Shown here piece by piece: positions 1 through 14,110 of a stretch of DNA of 64,000 nt; the stretch's first letter is position 1, and every line of letters starts with the position of its first letter. The notes under the pieces were generated by a model. It worked only from the letters and a program-made list of their open reading frames with translations. It was not told the DNA's origin and searched no databases. Source of the DNA: Gnetum montanum (taxonomy: Eukaryota > Plantae > Gnetophyta); contig MNCI01002485.1 of the NCBI GenBank assembly GCA_015680685.1, positions 1,060,033 to 1,124,032 of the forward strand, given 5' to 3'. Position numbers and translations under genes: made by a program.

Positions 1-560
1 ATGGTGAATTACATTAATATTTATAAGCCACAGGACGGTAAAAATCCTACAAACCTTTCCTCAACTTACCTTGAGGTTCTTTAGATGTTTTCCAAGTCTT
101 TTCACCTTCTGCCTAGGTGTTTCTATCTTTCTTTGGCTATTTCCTCAATTGGAATGGTTTTTTTGGAAGTTTTCCCATACATCTGGGTTGTCTCTAACTT
201 TGCTAGGACATCTACTATGAAAGCCTTGCCTTAGAGAGAGACATCTACTATTTTTGTAAATGTCTACTCTTCAAGGAAGACATCTTTGGGAAGACGTCTC
301 TAGAAATATGTCTTTCTTTTTAGGGAGACGTCTCCTCTAAATGTGCAAAAAGTAAAACTACTCCTTTTGATGCTAGGAGCCTATGGATGCCTTCCAACAA
401 GTCCCCATAGACCTTGAAACCTCCTAAACTCATCAAAATGAGCAAAAATCAATCCTAAACATGCCAAAACATCCAAGAATCATCCTCAACGAAATCAACA
501 TAAAATGACACATAACATGTAGGGTAGAACAAGGTGATCGAAAGAGGTGTCCCTAAACCA
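1..560 (-). repeat. 5' part of an LTR (same family as the solo LTR at 15612-16366), cut by the window edge
   Basis: Reverse complement aligns by eye to 15620-15960; carries several GAGACGTCTC/GACATCT palindromic motifs. Confidence 0.65.
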
Positions 561-1629
561 CTTATTTCTATATCTTTCCTGATATTTTGAAATTATGAAT
601 TTGCATTTATACTTGATTATTAGCCAACTATTTTTTTTAAGATTCATTTTATTTAATCATAAGGATGCTAATTTTCTTGGAGAATGATGATTCTTCTAAG
701 TTTAAAAAGAATGTCAATGATTATTTTCCATAAATGTGGGCAAGCTAGAACACTATTAAATCTGTTAAGGAAAATAAAAATAGTTTTGATTTTTTAATCA
801 ACAATGTCTATATGTTTGATATGGATGGCCTCAAGCTCTTCTTGAAGCACCAACTTATATTCTCTTGTACTAATTCTTGTGTTTGTGCTTCATGACTCCA
901 TTACTTGCTTTGCTATTTTGAGTATCTAAGAGTCAATCATTTTATTTAGAAAACATGTCGCTACCATCACTGATCTATTTCTTGCACATCTCATGATCAT
1001 TCTAACAATTTCCATCATGCAAGCCACTCCAAAATGAGGCTAAATCACAACTGTTCAATATCCCTTTCCTGCTTTTCAAGAACCACAATACCGTATTGTA
1101 CTCTTTTCTCCTCTCTATAACTTAACAATAATTTACAAGTCAATGGTTTGTGGGATTAAGAAAGCTAAAATTTATAGGTAGAGAGGCATTTAGTTAAACA
1201 CTGAAAAGGGTGTTGAATAATTCATGAATGTCCTCTTGCAAAAAGAACACTTACTGTGTCTAGTTAACTCTCCTTTAGTTCTTAATTTTTGAAATAAAAT
1301 TTTGGGCTATATTTGACCATTACTACTCCATGAAATGGCAAGAAATGCTAAGAAAGAGGAGGAAGTGCTACTATTAAAGGATATGAAAGATAAGGCTACT
1401 CAAGCCACATCAACTTTGTTTATAAGGTTTACCTGCAGATCAGAATAGATCAGGAAAATCATTAATAATGAATGATCAAATGATGATAAGAGGGGTCTTA
1501 GCTATGAGTCTGGTTCTTCAACAAAGTCATCTTCAACAAAAACATCAACTTATAAGATAAAACTCCAAACACTATCTTCATAATCACAAGTTATTAGCTC
1601 ACATAAAGGTAACATAATTCTTCCTACTT

Positions 1630-3460
1630 GCTACTTCTTTTAACTAAAACCATGGTTTGGATAGTAGTGGGCAATTTGCATGTACCTTTCCATGACAATG
1701 TCGAGAGGCTCATGGGCTTCTTACCTTCATCCAACCACCATCTTTTGGATATTTAAAATTTAAACATATGTTTAAAATTATGTGTAGAAGATTTTAACCA
1801 TGTTTATCTATCTTTTAATTAATTGAGGAGGTAAATATTTGTATTAGGTTTTAGCATGTTTGATCAAAGTATAGGAAAATAACCATAATTTTTGCCAATC
1901 ACTCATGATCTCTTGTAGATAGTAAGCGTTATCAAGGGTTTGCATGGAGTTGGGGATCATCATTGGCATACCCTCAATATGTTAGTACATCAATCATGTT
2001 GATTTTGTTTTTCTTATGCTATCATGAACATGCTCCCTTGAAATGTGTACAAATTCTGTCAACTCATGATAATCACCCTAATCAAACAAAGGAGAATCAT
2101 CATTACCATTGGTAGGTTCAAATAAATGCCAATGCTGAAATTTGGAAAGGAGATCATGTACTAAGCTATACTTGAGGTGAAGGTACCTAACTAGGGGCCT
2201 TGATGATGGATTGGCCCTTTGCATTTTTTAGCCACTTCAACTTCTTACTTTCCATCTAAATAATCAAATGAAAAGCTATAGCCAGCCTCTTCTTCTACTA
2301 CTTGATCCCAAAGATCTTTCATGTACAAGGACTTATAATCATTGGACATGGTCTCATGAGCTTTATACACTATACATTCATTGTCTATCTTCATATTGAT
2401 GAAGAAATCAATAAGGTCATTTGATACAAGCACCACTAGGTTCTTAGAGAACTAGACATGAGCATCTCTACATCTTTCTTGCTTATCTTGATGATAAGTT
2501 AGCATAATCAATGGAAGGATCTATCATTTAAATTCTTAGAGGTAAAAAAATTCCTTCATCTTTTTGGTGCATTACTAGAGTTATTTGCTGGACTCTTAAC
2601 ACTATCTTTTATTTTGTTTGGATTTACAACCTATACACACAACACTAAAACATAGATTTGATTTAAATAAAAGTTAAAATTAAAAATGTACATGTATTTT
2701 CAAAAAATTCACCAATTCCCTCCTTGACAAAAACACCAATGATAAGGGTCTCGTTGATTTTGGATGAATGGGATATATCATACAAATCATAATGCAATTA
2801 GGTCATAAGCTTCGAGGATGATGTTAAATGAATTACCAAGAACACTTGTGTATAGTGTTGCATTCAATAAATATAAAATATATTACACTATTTATGATAC
2901 ATATGGTATAGTTATAACCCTTGTTGTCACAATGTCAGATTGAGAAAATATTTATAATTTTATGTTTTATAATTTTTATGAATTTTATAATCATAAGAAA
3001 CAAAATAATAATAATAAACACACACATGCATTACAATCCCACCTAGGGATAAGACAATGCTCATGTTGTAATCCCTCAAGGATTAGGTGCAACACTACAT
3101 ACACACACAAATATAGATATAAATAAAATGTCTCTCAGTGACAACTTTGATGACCCAACATCATGTCATACATTTGTAACCTTCATGGGTAAGGTTAAAT
3201 CATTGCAACTTATGAAAATGAAATATAAATAAATATCTATATGGTTTTAGTATTTTATAATATTTTTTTTATTTTAATGTTTAAGTCATTAGCAATATAA
3301 AAAATGAGGAAAAACCATAAGCTTTATTCAACGTGGAAACACTAGAATCTGCATCAACCAAATGATTCTAGGCTACATAAGCACGATAGCACTCTAATAG
3401 AGGCTAGTTGTACTTGTGAAAGTGATGATTCAAAACACATACAACACAAAGAAGAAATCA
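1630..3460 (-). repeat. Fragment of a Tat/Ogre-like 3' region, inverted homologue of ~58860-60390
   Basis: Shared blocks in inverted orientation, e.g. CCATGGTTTGGATAGTAGTGG (~1650) vs CCACTACTATCCAAACCATGG (~60360), and CATAAGCTTTATTCA (~3316) vs TGAATAAAGCTTATG (~59001). Confidence 0.7.
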
Positions 3461-6400
3461 CTTACCCAAGAAAGGAAGAGCTCTTCAAATGAAATTAGAT
3501 GTCAAAAGCCAAAGAAAATACTTGGAATCTCCTTTTCTCCTTGTATGGAGCTTGTCCTAGATATTTATAGTTTTCACAACACAAAGACAAAGGTTTGCTA
3601 GTGCCCAATCATTAATGAAGGTTTGACAATGTAGCTAAGACATCTTAGAATGCACCTAAGGAGGAAAAGAAGGTAAAGCACCTAAACTAGACCACCAAGA
3701 GGGATGGGTCAACATCCCTACACTAACATAGGAGGTGCATTGGTGCAGGAAAGCTAGTGCATCCCTATCATCATAATTCACCTCCATTTTTCTAACATGT
3801 CAGAGCCTTCCAAGGATTTTTGAACAAAGCCAAAAACTTCTTAAGAAGCCCAAAACATGCTCCAAACCTATAAGTATGAATTGAAAAGTAAGGATGCAAA
3901 TCTAGGAGGTAGAAACCTTAATCATGTGCGCAAAAACTACAAACACTAGATGTATGAGATACATCTTGAATTCAAGGTTTACAAGTAACTTACAAAATGC
4001 CACTAGATGACTCATCAAAGATCATTTTAGTTATTTATCATGGGTTCCATCACCTTGTAGTTTCTTTAACTACTCCCGAGGAAGCCACTTTTCTTTCCTA
4101 GGATAAAGATATTGCTACTATTCTCGATTTCAAAATCAACATCCCTTCACTCACATCTATTGATGATTAACTATCTACCTTTGTCTCATCACTAATACCT
4201 AAAAAATATTTTTTCATAAATACTCATCCTCATTAGTAAATAACATAGACTACTTAGTGGCCAACTCATTTGTGTTCTTATTTTGTAATGAATTTTCCAT
4301 CATTAATGCTCTTATCATCAAGTTATTTTTAATAACTTGTTCCTTAATCTTCTACAACCTTATATGTAATTAATATAACTTCACATTATCCTTCTACTTC
4401 ATCTATTACTCAACCTTCCACCTTACATGATACATTAGTTTGATCATCAAAGCCCTTTTTTATTAATTATTCATCTGATTTTTCTTCCATAATAGTATAC
4501 ATGTTTTCAGAGCTATCTCAAACCTTTAACCAAGACACTATGAAACCTCTTACACTACTAATCTCATCTTTAACATGAATAAGTCCACCATCTTATAGTT
4601 GCCACCTCTTTAATTTTTGTGATTTCCATCTCATCTTCCTATTTTTCTACATCATTCATTCATCATTGTTTCCTAATTCCTATAAGAAATTTATTCTTTA
4701 ATCAACCATGAAGCTAGTGATCATCACCTTGCTTGTCTTCAAGCCACTATTAGAAAATTAGTCATCTACATCAGCAATGAGCAATTAATATATGTTTAGC
4801 TAGGGGCATTCTAGTTGGGATATATTGTTATCTACAACAAGATCACCCATCATCATGTAACAGGTGTTCTCTAAATTCATCCATATCCACATCTATTTTT
4901 ATCTTTGAATTTTTTTTAATTTCTTCTCTTCCTATCTTGCTTTTCTCTTCTCTATCTCTTCTTATCTATTTTCTACTATTATTATTCTATATCTCTCCTA
5001 TGTAATCACATCTATATTTTACAAGTTTATACTTGTCCAATTAAACTAATATTTCTTCTTATTAAAATACTATGATGAGGATGTTTATAAGCAATCTGTC
5101 TCATGTAGAGTACTATGAGTGTTATGTTTTTTTGTCTCCATGTAAGGGTGTGTTGAGTGTGAGTAGGATAGGAAGAGAATTTATCAAATTTATCAATTAT
5201 TAATATCATTAGAGTGTGGGATTTAGTCATGTCCCACTTCTATAGCATAGCTCCTCAACTTTGTGTATTAGCAATATTCCTCATTGCTTTCCTCCAGTTT
5301 ATGGTTTTCGTGATTTTTGAATTTTATATCTCATATTTCCTCTTGCATGATTCTTCATCCCTTCTTTAACATTCCCTCATATCTATTTCTTTTACTCTCA
5401 TCAACACATTAGTGAGGATTAAACAATTATTTTCTCTTCTAATGAGGATGTGTTGATAATCTAAATGGAATAGGATATGAAAACTATCAATGGCATTCTT
5501 CTAGCCATCTTATGTGTAGGGTTTGGTTATGCCTCTTCTATGACATAAGACCATCCTCATAACATGTGTATCAACAATGTTCTAACATTCTTCACTTATC
5601 ATGCTTCTTTTCTCCCTATTTCTTTTGTAGTTACATCATCAAATTATTGGCGACTATTTGGGACTACCAACGTTGGGCCTTCAGTCTTGTGACAAAGGTC
5701 ACAAGAAATGAAGATGTTCCTTCAAACAAGGTTTAGGTGCTTGCTATTCTTTGGCAACACTAAGGTCGAGATACCTCCAAATAAACTCAATAGTTATAAA
5801 ATAAACTAAACATGAGTGTGTGTTTGTTGTTGTGAATGTTGAAATGGATGGGTTTGTGTATGAAACTATAACTAGCTATTATAACAAACATTTAGCTAAC
5901 TTAGTCGAATACTCTGAGTCATTAAAAATCCCTATTTTCTCATGCCACTTAGTCTATAGAGCCCCTATAATACACTACTTGAAACAAATAAAATTTCACA
6001 AAAATTATTGAGCACAATTCTACCATAATCTACTCCTAATTTCTCCCAAAGAGAAAGTTACACAAGAAAACTAGAAATAGAGCGAGATTAAAAAGATTTA
6101 GAAAAAGAAAAGAAAGAAAAGTAGATTTGTGTGAATCTCAAACATTTAAGCAATGTAAATCAAACATGTTGAAACACTTCACAATAAAGCTATTCCAATT
6201 CAATCTAAATATTACAAATTGTCCAAACCCTTTGAGCTCAACAAGTAATTTCATAAATGACACTCTAATTAAACTACCAAAAATGCTTTGTAAATGACAA
6301 AGTACAAGCTTTTATTTGGCTAGTTAATAGTTGTCAAGAATTGTGAATAGTAGATATATTAGTAATGATTTAACAATTTCAAGATTAAAATTCCAAGGTA

Positions 6401-6599
6401 ATAAACTTTTAAAAAAATGAAGCTATTTCAAGCAAGTCAAAATATCAAAGATTTTTCTAGATCCCCTAGACTCAAACATACAATTTTATAAAGACATTAC
6501 TATTAAATTACTCAAGATGATTTTCAAAGACAACATAAGCTCTTTTATGGTAATCAAATAGATGTCTAGAATTGTACAAATATAGAGCTATAAGAGCAA

Positions 6600-8020
6600 T
6601 CTAGAAAACCCAAAACATTTAATGCCAAGCATGATACTATCTGATGAGTCATGATTTAGTCTGCCTTGATATCAGATATCTGATATCGGAGCCGCAATAT
6701 TGAATACGCGATATTGGACCCTAGGAAATGATGTTGGATATCCAATATCATCCCCTCCATGCTAGCCTAGAATACAACATTTGGGTCCATGGTTGGAACA
6801 TAGTTTTAATTTCAAATTTCAGTTAGCTTTTTCATAGATTGTTGATTTCCAGTTCTGTTATTTCCTAATGCATGTCCACAATGTGATGTTTGTAATTGTA
6901 TGGCATCCTTGTTCGAGTGTGATGTACTTGGACACTTTACATGACTGGAAATAAAGATTGAGATTACTTCCATCATTGCAACATCCACTTAGATTTATTA
7001 TTGCGTTCAACTATTTAATTGTTTAATTATTTATTATGTTCCCTAGTTAATGCTTCCAATTGTCGCTCTTTACAATTCCTATCATCAAGCAGAATGAGTA
7101 CGACTAATCACGAGCACTCAAGTGTAATTACTTGCTAACCCAAAAGTGTATCATTTGGAAAGCCAATGATGTACATTTGGTAATCCAAGTGGTAGTTACA
7201 CAAAGTCCAAGGTGTGTACAGGCAGTTAGGGGCAAACACGCATCACACATAGGCTAGTGTATATTTTACTTTCCACTGTTTATTAGCTTAATTAATTGAT
7301 CTCTTCATTGTCATTAGGAGTAGCTTAGGATTAGGAAACAACAATCACATGCTTCACTTTGGACTAAACCATACGTGACAAAGCTACCACTAGTCTAAGG
7401 GGGAAGACAATGAACTGCAATCAAAGCATAGCAATTTATCTGTACAACTAGTCCCATCCATGAAATTTGATCGAATTGTGTGTGAGTGCTTGTGATTCAT
7501 ACGGCTGGGCATAGGGGTACCTCGCCACTCATCACTATCTAAGTAATTAAGATAAAATAGGAAGAAAAGAACTCATAGGATTAAAACAAAGCAGTTGAAT
7601 TGATGCCTTTAGCAAGCCATGCTTTACAATTTTCAATATATTTCTTCTTGATCTTCCTTCCCAAAAATCCCTTCTTTGTTGTTTCTTTTTTTTTTTTGGC
7701 TATTTTTACTACCCTTGAAGTCCTTTTTATAGTGGCTTTTGGGTGGTCAAAAACATCATGAGAGATTAAGGTGATTTACAAATATCTCGGGAATTTAATC
7801 ATAACCACCATAAGAAGTTGTAACTTCTATAGGAAGTTATGAGAAATTCAAGCCATAATTGGCTAGTGTCATGTCAAATACAAACATCAAGAAGATTTAG
7901 TTATGGTTCCATAAGAAGTTACAACTTTCATGGGAAGTTTCAACTCCTAAAAAAACAATAAAGTTAAATGTCCATATATCCCCCTTTTAAATCATAACCT
8001 TCCTTCATCTTCTACACGTA
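6600..8020 (-). repeat. LTR-like repeat interrupted by the solo LTR; inverted homologue of 34170-34650
   Basis: AATGCCAAGCATGATACTAT[solo LTR]CTAAGTAATTAA matches the reverse complement of 34590-34635; homology continues through a CTATAAAA TATA box and AAGTTA/TAACTT repeats. Left boundary not resolved. Confidence 0.6.
6642..7534 (+). mobile_element. Solo LTR, Athila-like Ty3/gypsy family
   Basis: TGATGA...TCATCA termini, perfect 5-bp TSD CTATC (6637-6641, 7535-7539), family 3' end GGGGTACCTCGCCACTCATCA, no adjacent PBS or PPT. Confidence 0.93.
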
Positions 8021-8139
8021 CATATATATATTATTATTATTCAAACTTATGTTATAATCTCATGCCCATAAAAAAATTTATAAGGGCATAAGGATTAATA
8101 AAAATAAGCCATAATCATCATGAGCCTGTTGTGAAGATG

Positions 8140-9233
8140 TAGAGACGAGGATTGTTACCAACCATGTTGCGCCTCTGCATTTTTTATGCCGCCCACGCTG
8201 CGAGAGAGAAGGACAACAATGGTGATTCTGGTGTGGTGGCGAGGGCATCGTGGATGGCTATTATCGTGATCGGTCGTGGGCGTTTGAAGGGTTTTAGTTC
8301 CGCTGTAGCCCCTACAATTGTGTCCACCATGTTTGTTGCCATACAAGCTCCGCTTCACTACAAGGAGACATGGCCAAATCCTACTGTTACTTGCCTAGTG
8401 ACGCAATGATAGGTGGTAGCTGTAGAATCCTGAATCTAGGTTGAGTCCCTTTGCTCTAAGCTTTGATCTTGCCCATGATGTGCTCATGAGGCAGGGCCTC
8501 CACAATGATGCCACTAGGGTTTTTGTTTGTTTTTTGTTTTTTCTTTGCAGAACATCACGAGAATCCTATTAGACGCATAGCTCTTCAGTGTGGCTGCCAA
8601 ATCGTTGATGAGATCTTGTAGCTGACATAGGACCCCTGAACTATTGATTGGGATGCAGTAACCGCAACGTACAATCTTTCAATTTCGGTTGCAAGAGACA
8701 TCAGAGTGGAATTTTGGGGAGTGTAACACATTATTCTTACCTTTGTTCGGTTTCTGATTTGTTCCAGTAGTTTAATCCATTTATTTTGCCAAATTTATTT
8801 GTAAAACAATTTGGTCATTAACTCAATTTGTTTAATTTTGATGAAACTACTAATAGGAATTTCTAAAATTTCTCCTCTGCTCCTAGGGATTTCAATGGTT
8901 TTTGTTAATGTTGCAACATATTTGATTAATCTCTGCCTTATCTCTATGTACAGGAGAGATGTTTCTTGATTAAGGAAAAACATACATCGTTCTAACCATA
9001 TGGCAATTTCTATTCCATGATAATCTGGTATTCTTTGCCTAGTGTACATTATTTTTGCTCATTTTTCTTTGGCAGGAACAATACCTTTGGCCGTTTAATG
9101 TGGAACAAAATCAGGATGTCCTGGCTTAATCAAGAAATTAATAAAGGCAAATACTAAGACTACTATGTGCCATGGCTGATTTCAAAACTTCCGATTATGG
9201 AGAACATAAGGATGCAAACGCTGTAATCTGCAG
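8140..9233 (+). other. CpG-retaining non-TE island with three putative exons (~8140-8439, 8551-~8750, 9076-9233); lncRNA, long 5' leader or pseudogene
   Basis: Many intact CG dinucleotides, unlike the flanks; strong T-rich acceptors TTTTTCTTTGCAG (8550) and TTTTTCTTTGGCAG (9075); weaker donors at 8440 and 9234; no long spliced ORF found. Confidence 0.5.
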
Positions 9234-9599
9234 GTCATTGAGTTGCTGTCATACAATCTTGGAAGCAATAAGCCAACAAGTGATCATTCTTGATCATGCT
9301 TTTGCCATATTGATTATTTTTCCTTATCAAGAGGAAGTATCCTTGGATTCTCTACTATCAAACCAATGTCAAACATTTCTTCCTTAGTGCTTCTTCTTCC
9401 TATAGTTTTGCCAGTTGCAAAACACAAAACACTGTATTCATGATGCAAGCATTTTCCATTTATATTTAACATTTATTCCATCCCACAAATTTAAAATAAT
9501 GTCAAGGCACAAATAATGTTTTACTTCATTTATGCAAATTGCCGTGGGCCTTATTAATTTTATTTTTATGTATTGCTGCTCCATGGAATGGCATAAAGG

Positions 9600-11290
9600 T
9601 ATGAACACAAATCATGATCCATCTTCTTCTTGATGAATCCTCCTTCAACATCTCAACAACATTCATTAAGAGGGATCAATGTTGTATCCACTTTTCCAAA
9701 CTCTAGTGATTGAGACAAGTATCTCTTTGACATTTTTACAAATACTTGACTCATCAAAATGCCCCTAAAATCATCATCACTAACAACATTTTGATCTTTT
9801 ACATGATTTTGGTAGTTGCCCTTGACCATGTCCCAAAGAAAAAGAATTAGTTTCAAAAGTTTTAATAGCTTTCAAAGGTTTGAAATAATAAGTTTTACAT
9901 AGATGATGCTATGTGATACTAATACTAGCATCATCATCATCTATCAACATCAGTGGTATATCATCACATAAAACCATGACTTCCATTAATATTTTTGATT
10001 TGATAACATCTTGGCAATGTTCAACATCAATTTAGATATGAATAGTGATCATGAAGTCCAAAATTGATAATTTATAATCTAGAGTATCAAGATGTATTAC
10101 TATAGATAACAATGATGCTAACATCAATGTCAGCTAGTTTTAGAATACATCAACAATGTCACTTGTACATGGCATGTATTTTAAGTTGCCAAAACTAAAC
10201 TCCAAGTTAACAAATTCAAACTTTGGATATTTTTGTGACACTCTAATCCTATAAACAATGGATTCTATCATTAATTCAAGCCTAATTTCTTGAGATTTGA
10301 GAGCATAGTTTTGAGAGATCCAAAGCCCTAACATCTATGTCAATTGTACCACCTCTATGTTCCATGGCCATCTTAGTGTTATCTGTAGTCCATGAGCTCA
10401 ATCCCAACATTTGCATTACTAGTATTACACATGAGCATGTTAACACTAGTATCAACATCATTGTGTTATCTACCTACATCACCTATAGAATAACATCTAG
10501 AAATAGCCTTTTTTGATCCTTGAATCAACTTTCAATAGTGTTAACAGTTCTTCCATTAATGTCTAAACTTGCAAGTGGCTAATATCCATTAATCAAAGCC
10601 TTTATTTAGTTATAAACTAACTTTAACTTGTTAACTTTCAATCCAAAGTTTATATCTCATATCATTATAGCTCTTGGCTCTCCCTAGAAGGTAAGCTCAA
10701 TTAGCCTCTCTAAAAAAGCACTTTCATTTATTGGGAAGAGAACACCAAACTCTTTCTCTAATATTGATCTCTAATTCATTTTATGCTTCTTAGCTATTTT
10801 AATTATAATTATATCACTTGAGCTTTATCGTACATCACTCAAGTTATATTAACTTTATCCTAATTTTAAGAATATTCATCTATACCCCTATCAATTCTAA
10901 TCTTGGTTGATATGCTAAGTTTATATTCAATTGGAGGTTCATGTCCCTTTATTTTGTAATTGCTGATTTAACAAGGGTTATATTGTACTGAAGACCATTT
11001 ACAACTAAGGATCATATACTAAAATGTATGATTCATGGAGATGTTCTTGTAGATTTGTGAAGGAAGATGATTACATGAATAATAATAAGAGGAGTTCATC
11101 TCTATTTATATTATCTTGTAAAGGATTTTGTCTCTTAGATCATGAGCCACACAAGAAGGTTCTTAACTTCTTCTTGCTTTTTTTAGTAATTTTCTCAATT
11201 CCTAATCTTCTAAGATTCTTTTTGTAAACAAAAATACCTATACCTTCAATTACATCAAAGTAAACATACCAACATCAAAATAATGACTAA
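9600..11290 (+). repeat. Old long-LTR-like repeat, direct homologue of ~27900-29960 (probably Tat/Ogre)
   Basis: Shared blocks CCTATAAACA, TGAGAGCAT, TCCATGGCCA and GAGGTTCATGTC/GAAGTTTATGTC; decayed GATGCTAACATC-type palindromes. Boundaries approximate. Confidence 0.55.
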
Positions 11291-12739
11291 CATTAAGGAT
11301 TGAGAACTTAGAAGGGGGATGAATAAATTCCCAATTGAAATTTTACCTCCCACAAAAAACACAAAAGTTTACATGGTTTCCCAAATTGGGTACTTCCATA
11401 CTTGGAGGGTAGAATCTATGCATGACTCTAGACTTTGTTTCTCAATCAAATGTGGTTTGAAGGTCACCACACTCTATACAATCTCTAAACTCTACACTGA
11501 AGTCTTTCATCACTGTAAAACCACTTAACCCCATAACATCCCAACAATATTAGAATGTGATTTCAAGGATCCCATAACCTTTACAAAATTAAGCTTTGCT
11601 CCAAAGTGGTTTGACATTCCAAAACCACTCAACCCTATCTTCTCGCAAGAAGTGCATCAACCCTGTAGGACAAGAAGAAAGAGAAAACGATGCAAGGAAA
11701 GAATGTAACTAAAATAACAAGTCCTTTCCATTGAAGCTAAATTCAACATACAATCAAGAAAATGATGTTACAATGAAGAACAAGTGTGCAATATCATAAA
11801 TATGATAATGATTTTTTTGATGTGAATAATGCTTATACAATTTCCAAGAATTTGGTGTGTTCTTATAGCCTCAGAGTTTTAAAAAAACTCCTTAGAATTC
11901 ATGCAGTGGCTACCTAGAGAGTAGTGTAGATGTCTCCTTTAAAGGTGGGATGTCTACATGAGATTGGTCTTAATTCAGGAGAGATGTCTTGCTGAAAAAT
12001 TGAATGTCTCATGTGGGACATCTTTGGGGAGACATATTCTCAGGGATTTAGACATCGATTATTTCTAGGAGACGTCTCCTCAACTCTTGGACTTTGGTTT
12101 ATGAGGCTTCCTCTCATCAATTTATCTTGTTCCTAGTCCTTGGAGCATCTTCATTTGGTTTGTAGTCTTCAATTTCAGTCCATGCTCTTTCATGCTTTCA
12201 TCTTGGCTCATATAGTTCAATTTGTTATCTCATTATAAATCTCATTTCCTTTTAGTCCTCCTATCTTATTTTTGAGTTCTTGTTTATCTCTTGTAAACAG
12301 ATCATCCACAACAAACATTTTATGCTCTTCATTTTTTGTAAGGTTTTGACATACTAAAAGGTCAATAATCCCTTTTTGATGATGTACAAAACTTAAGAAA
12401 ATGGATGAGTAACTATAAAATTTAAATAATAGTAAACAATAAAAATCCTTAAGACATATAAATTCCAATGGTAGTTAAAGGGAATCATAGAGGTAAAATG
12501 TAAGAGCTCAATCTAATAAAAATGAGACTAGAGATTTTTATAATTACAAATAGTCCAATGGCCAACCTATCTATATAGCATAAGTATAAATTTTACAAAC
12601 ATCATACATATGGTCACTCCAAAATGTATAAAATATATGGTCCAAAAATTCTCCTCCTTTTTGGACATCACCCAAAAGAAGGGACCACCGGAGAAAGCTA
12701 ATTATTGACCTTAGTGGCATCATTTGTGTCCTCATATGA

Positions 12740-14110
12740 AGTACCTGTAGCATAAAAAGGCTTGGAATTCTCCTCCTAATCATCATCACTACTTGTACTA
12801 GCACTAGAGATGTGCTACTCATCATTGTCATCTAAAGGTATATGGACTAGAGCCCTCCATGGATGAAGCTTCACTCGAAATTAAGATGAATCTAGTGGAT
12901 CTTATTGGAATGGGAACCTATTGAGAGGATGAAGAAGCACCCTTCCTCTAATAGGTGATAGGATTAATAGGTCTCCATTGGGAAGAAGTCCCAAAGATTC
13001 TCTTCATGCCCTACTACACAAATGTCCTTGGATCATCATCCTAATGATGGAAAATGGGTCCAAGCTACATGAGAATAGGAAGCCCCTCCTAAAAATGTGC
13101 TAGAGCTCCATCATCCTCCTCTCAATTAGAGACATTTCCTGAGTCATAGGCCTAGGAAGGCCTAGCTACTATTGAATGTCTTGGTGGGACTGGACAATCC
13201 TTATGACTGTCTAATATGGAAGGAGTGGTAATCTTCTCAAACTATTGTCCATTAGGAGGAAGAGATATCCCAACTTCATCCATTCTCTTACAAAATTAAT
13301 AGAGGTTCCTACCAATCCATCCAATAACACAAGAAAAGGATCTCAATAGCTTTTTTAGGGATGATGTCACCTATTCATTAAAAGATTTAGACCTTCTCAG
13401 CTAAGGAGGCTTGAGATGGTGATACAGATCTCTTCTCTCTAGATTTTTAAAGCCTAGTGTTGGGTTATACTTCATTGACATGGATGGAGCTCCTCTTTCT
13501 TGAATACTCATCAATGTTACTTTTTCCTTTACGAAAAGGCATGTCAGGTATGGAAACACCTCTCTATTGGATTAGAAAACTGATGAGGTGAGGATTCTCA
13601 TAGATTTTCTCCTTGGTGAAGATGCCAAACATGTCCCAGTAGAGAGTGTGACTCAAATCCAAGGGTTGCCCTACCAAAAGGTAATAGAGAACAAATGCTT
13701 GGGTTGGCAACAAATAATTATAGCTTCCTCCTTTTACAATGATATTGTGTAAAATAATGAGGGAGATGATGAAATAATTTGGGACCATTTGACTTCTATG
13801 AAATCTCCCACTACGTAGAGATACTAACTTCCCAAACAAAGCATCACAAAATTCATCTTGGGAGACAAGAATCACATCATTCATGGAATGAGTGGTGATT
13901 CTAAACACATAAGAACTATAAATTCCAAGAATAGCATTAACATCTTAAGAAGATACATCAATTAGAAAACCCCCAACCATGGTAGTAAAGACCACAACAA
14001 AAGCATTTCTAATCAAAATGTTGCTATAAAATTTACTGATGAAAATTTTAGGTATACAAAAATTCATCGAAATGAAAGTACCCAATTTGAAACTTTCATA
14101 TTCAATAAAG
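12740..14110 (-). pseudogene. Sirevirus env-like accessory ORF remnant
   Basis: IPKIFISKFYSNI...HNIIVKGGSYNYL...AFVLYYLLVGQPLDLSHTLY resembles SIRE env-like / plant transposon accessory proteins; Ser/Pro/Asp-rich tail. Confidence 0.65.

Noticed and set aside
5648-5666. TGGCGACT as an Ogre tRNA-Arg PBS
   Set aside because: Only 8 nt match, with no clear LTR end or gag next to it.
6641-6660. CTGATGAG, the hammerhead ribozyme core (retrozyme idea)
   Set aside because: It arises from the TSD's C plus the LTR's TGATGAG terminus; no GAAAC or flanking helices follow.
8125-8133. CCTGTTGTG as a CACTA terminus
   Set aside because: No matching terminus on the homologous copy and no 3-bp TSD could be established; the repeat looks more like an LTR.
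8152-8409. 85-aa ORF as a protein-coding gene
   Set aside because: No recognisable motif, and it stops before the first donor; at most a uORF.
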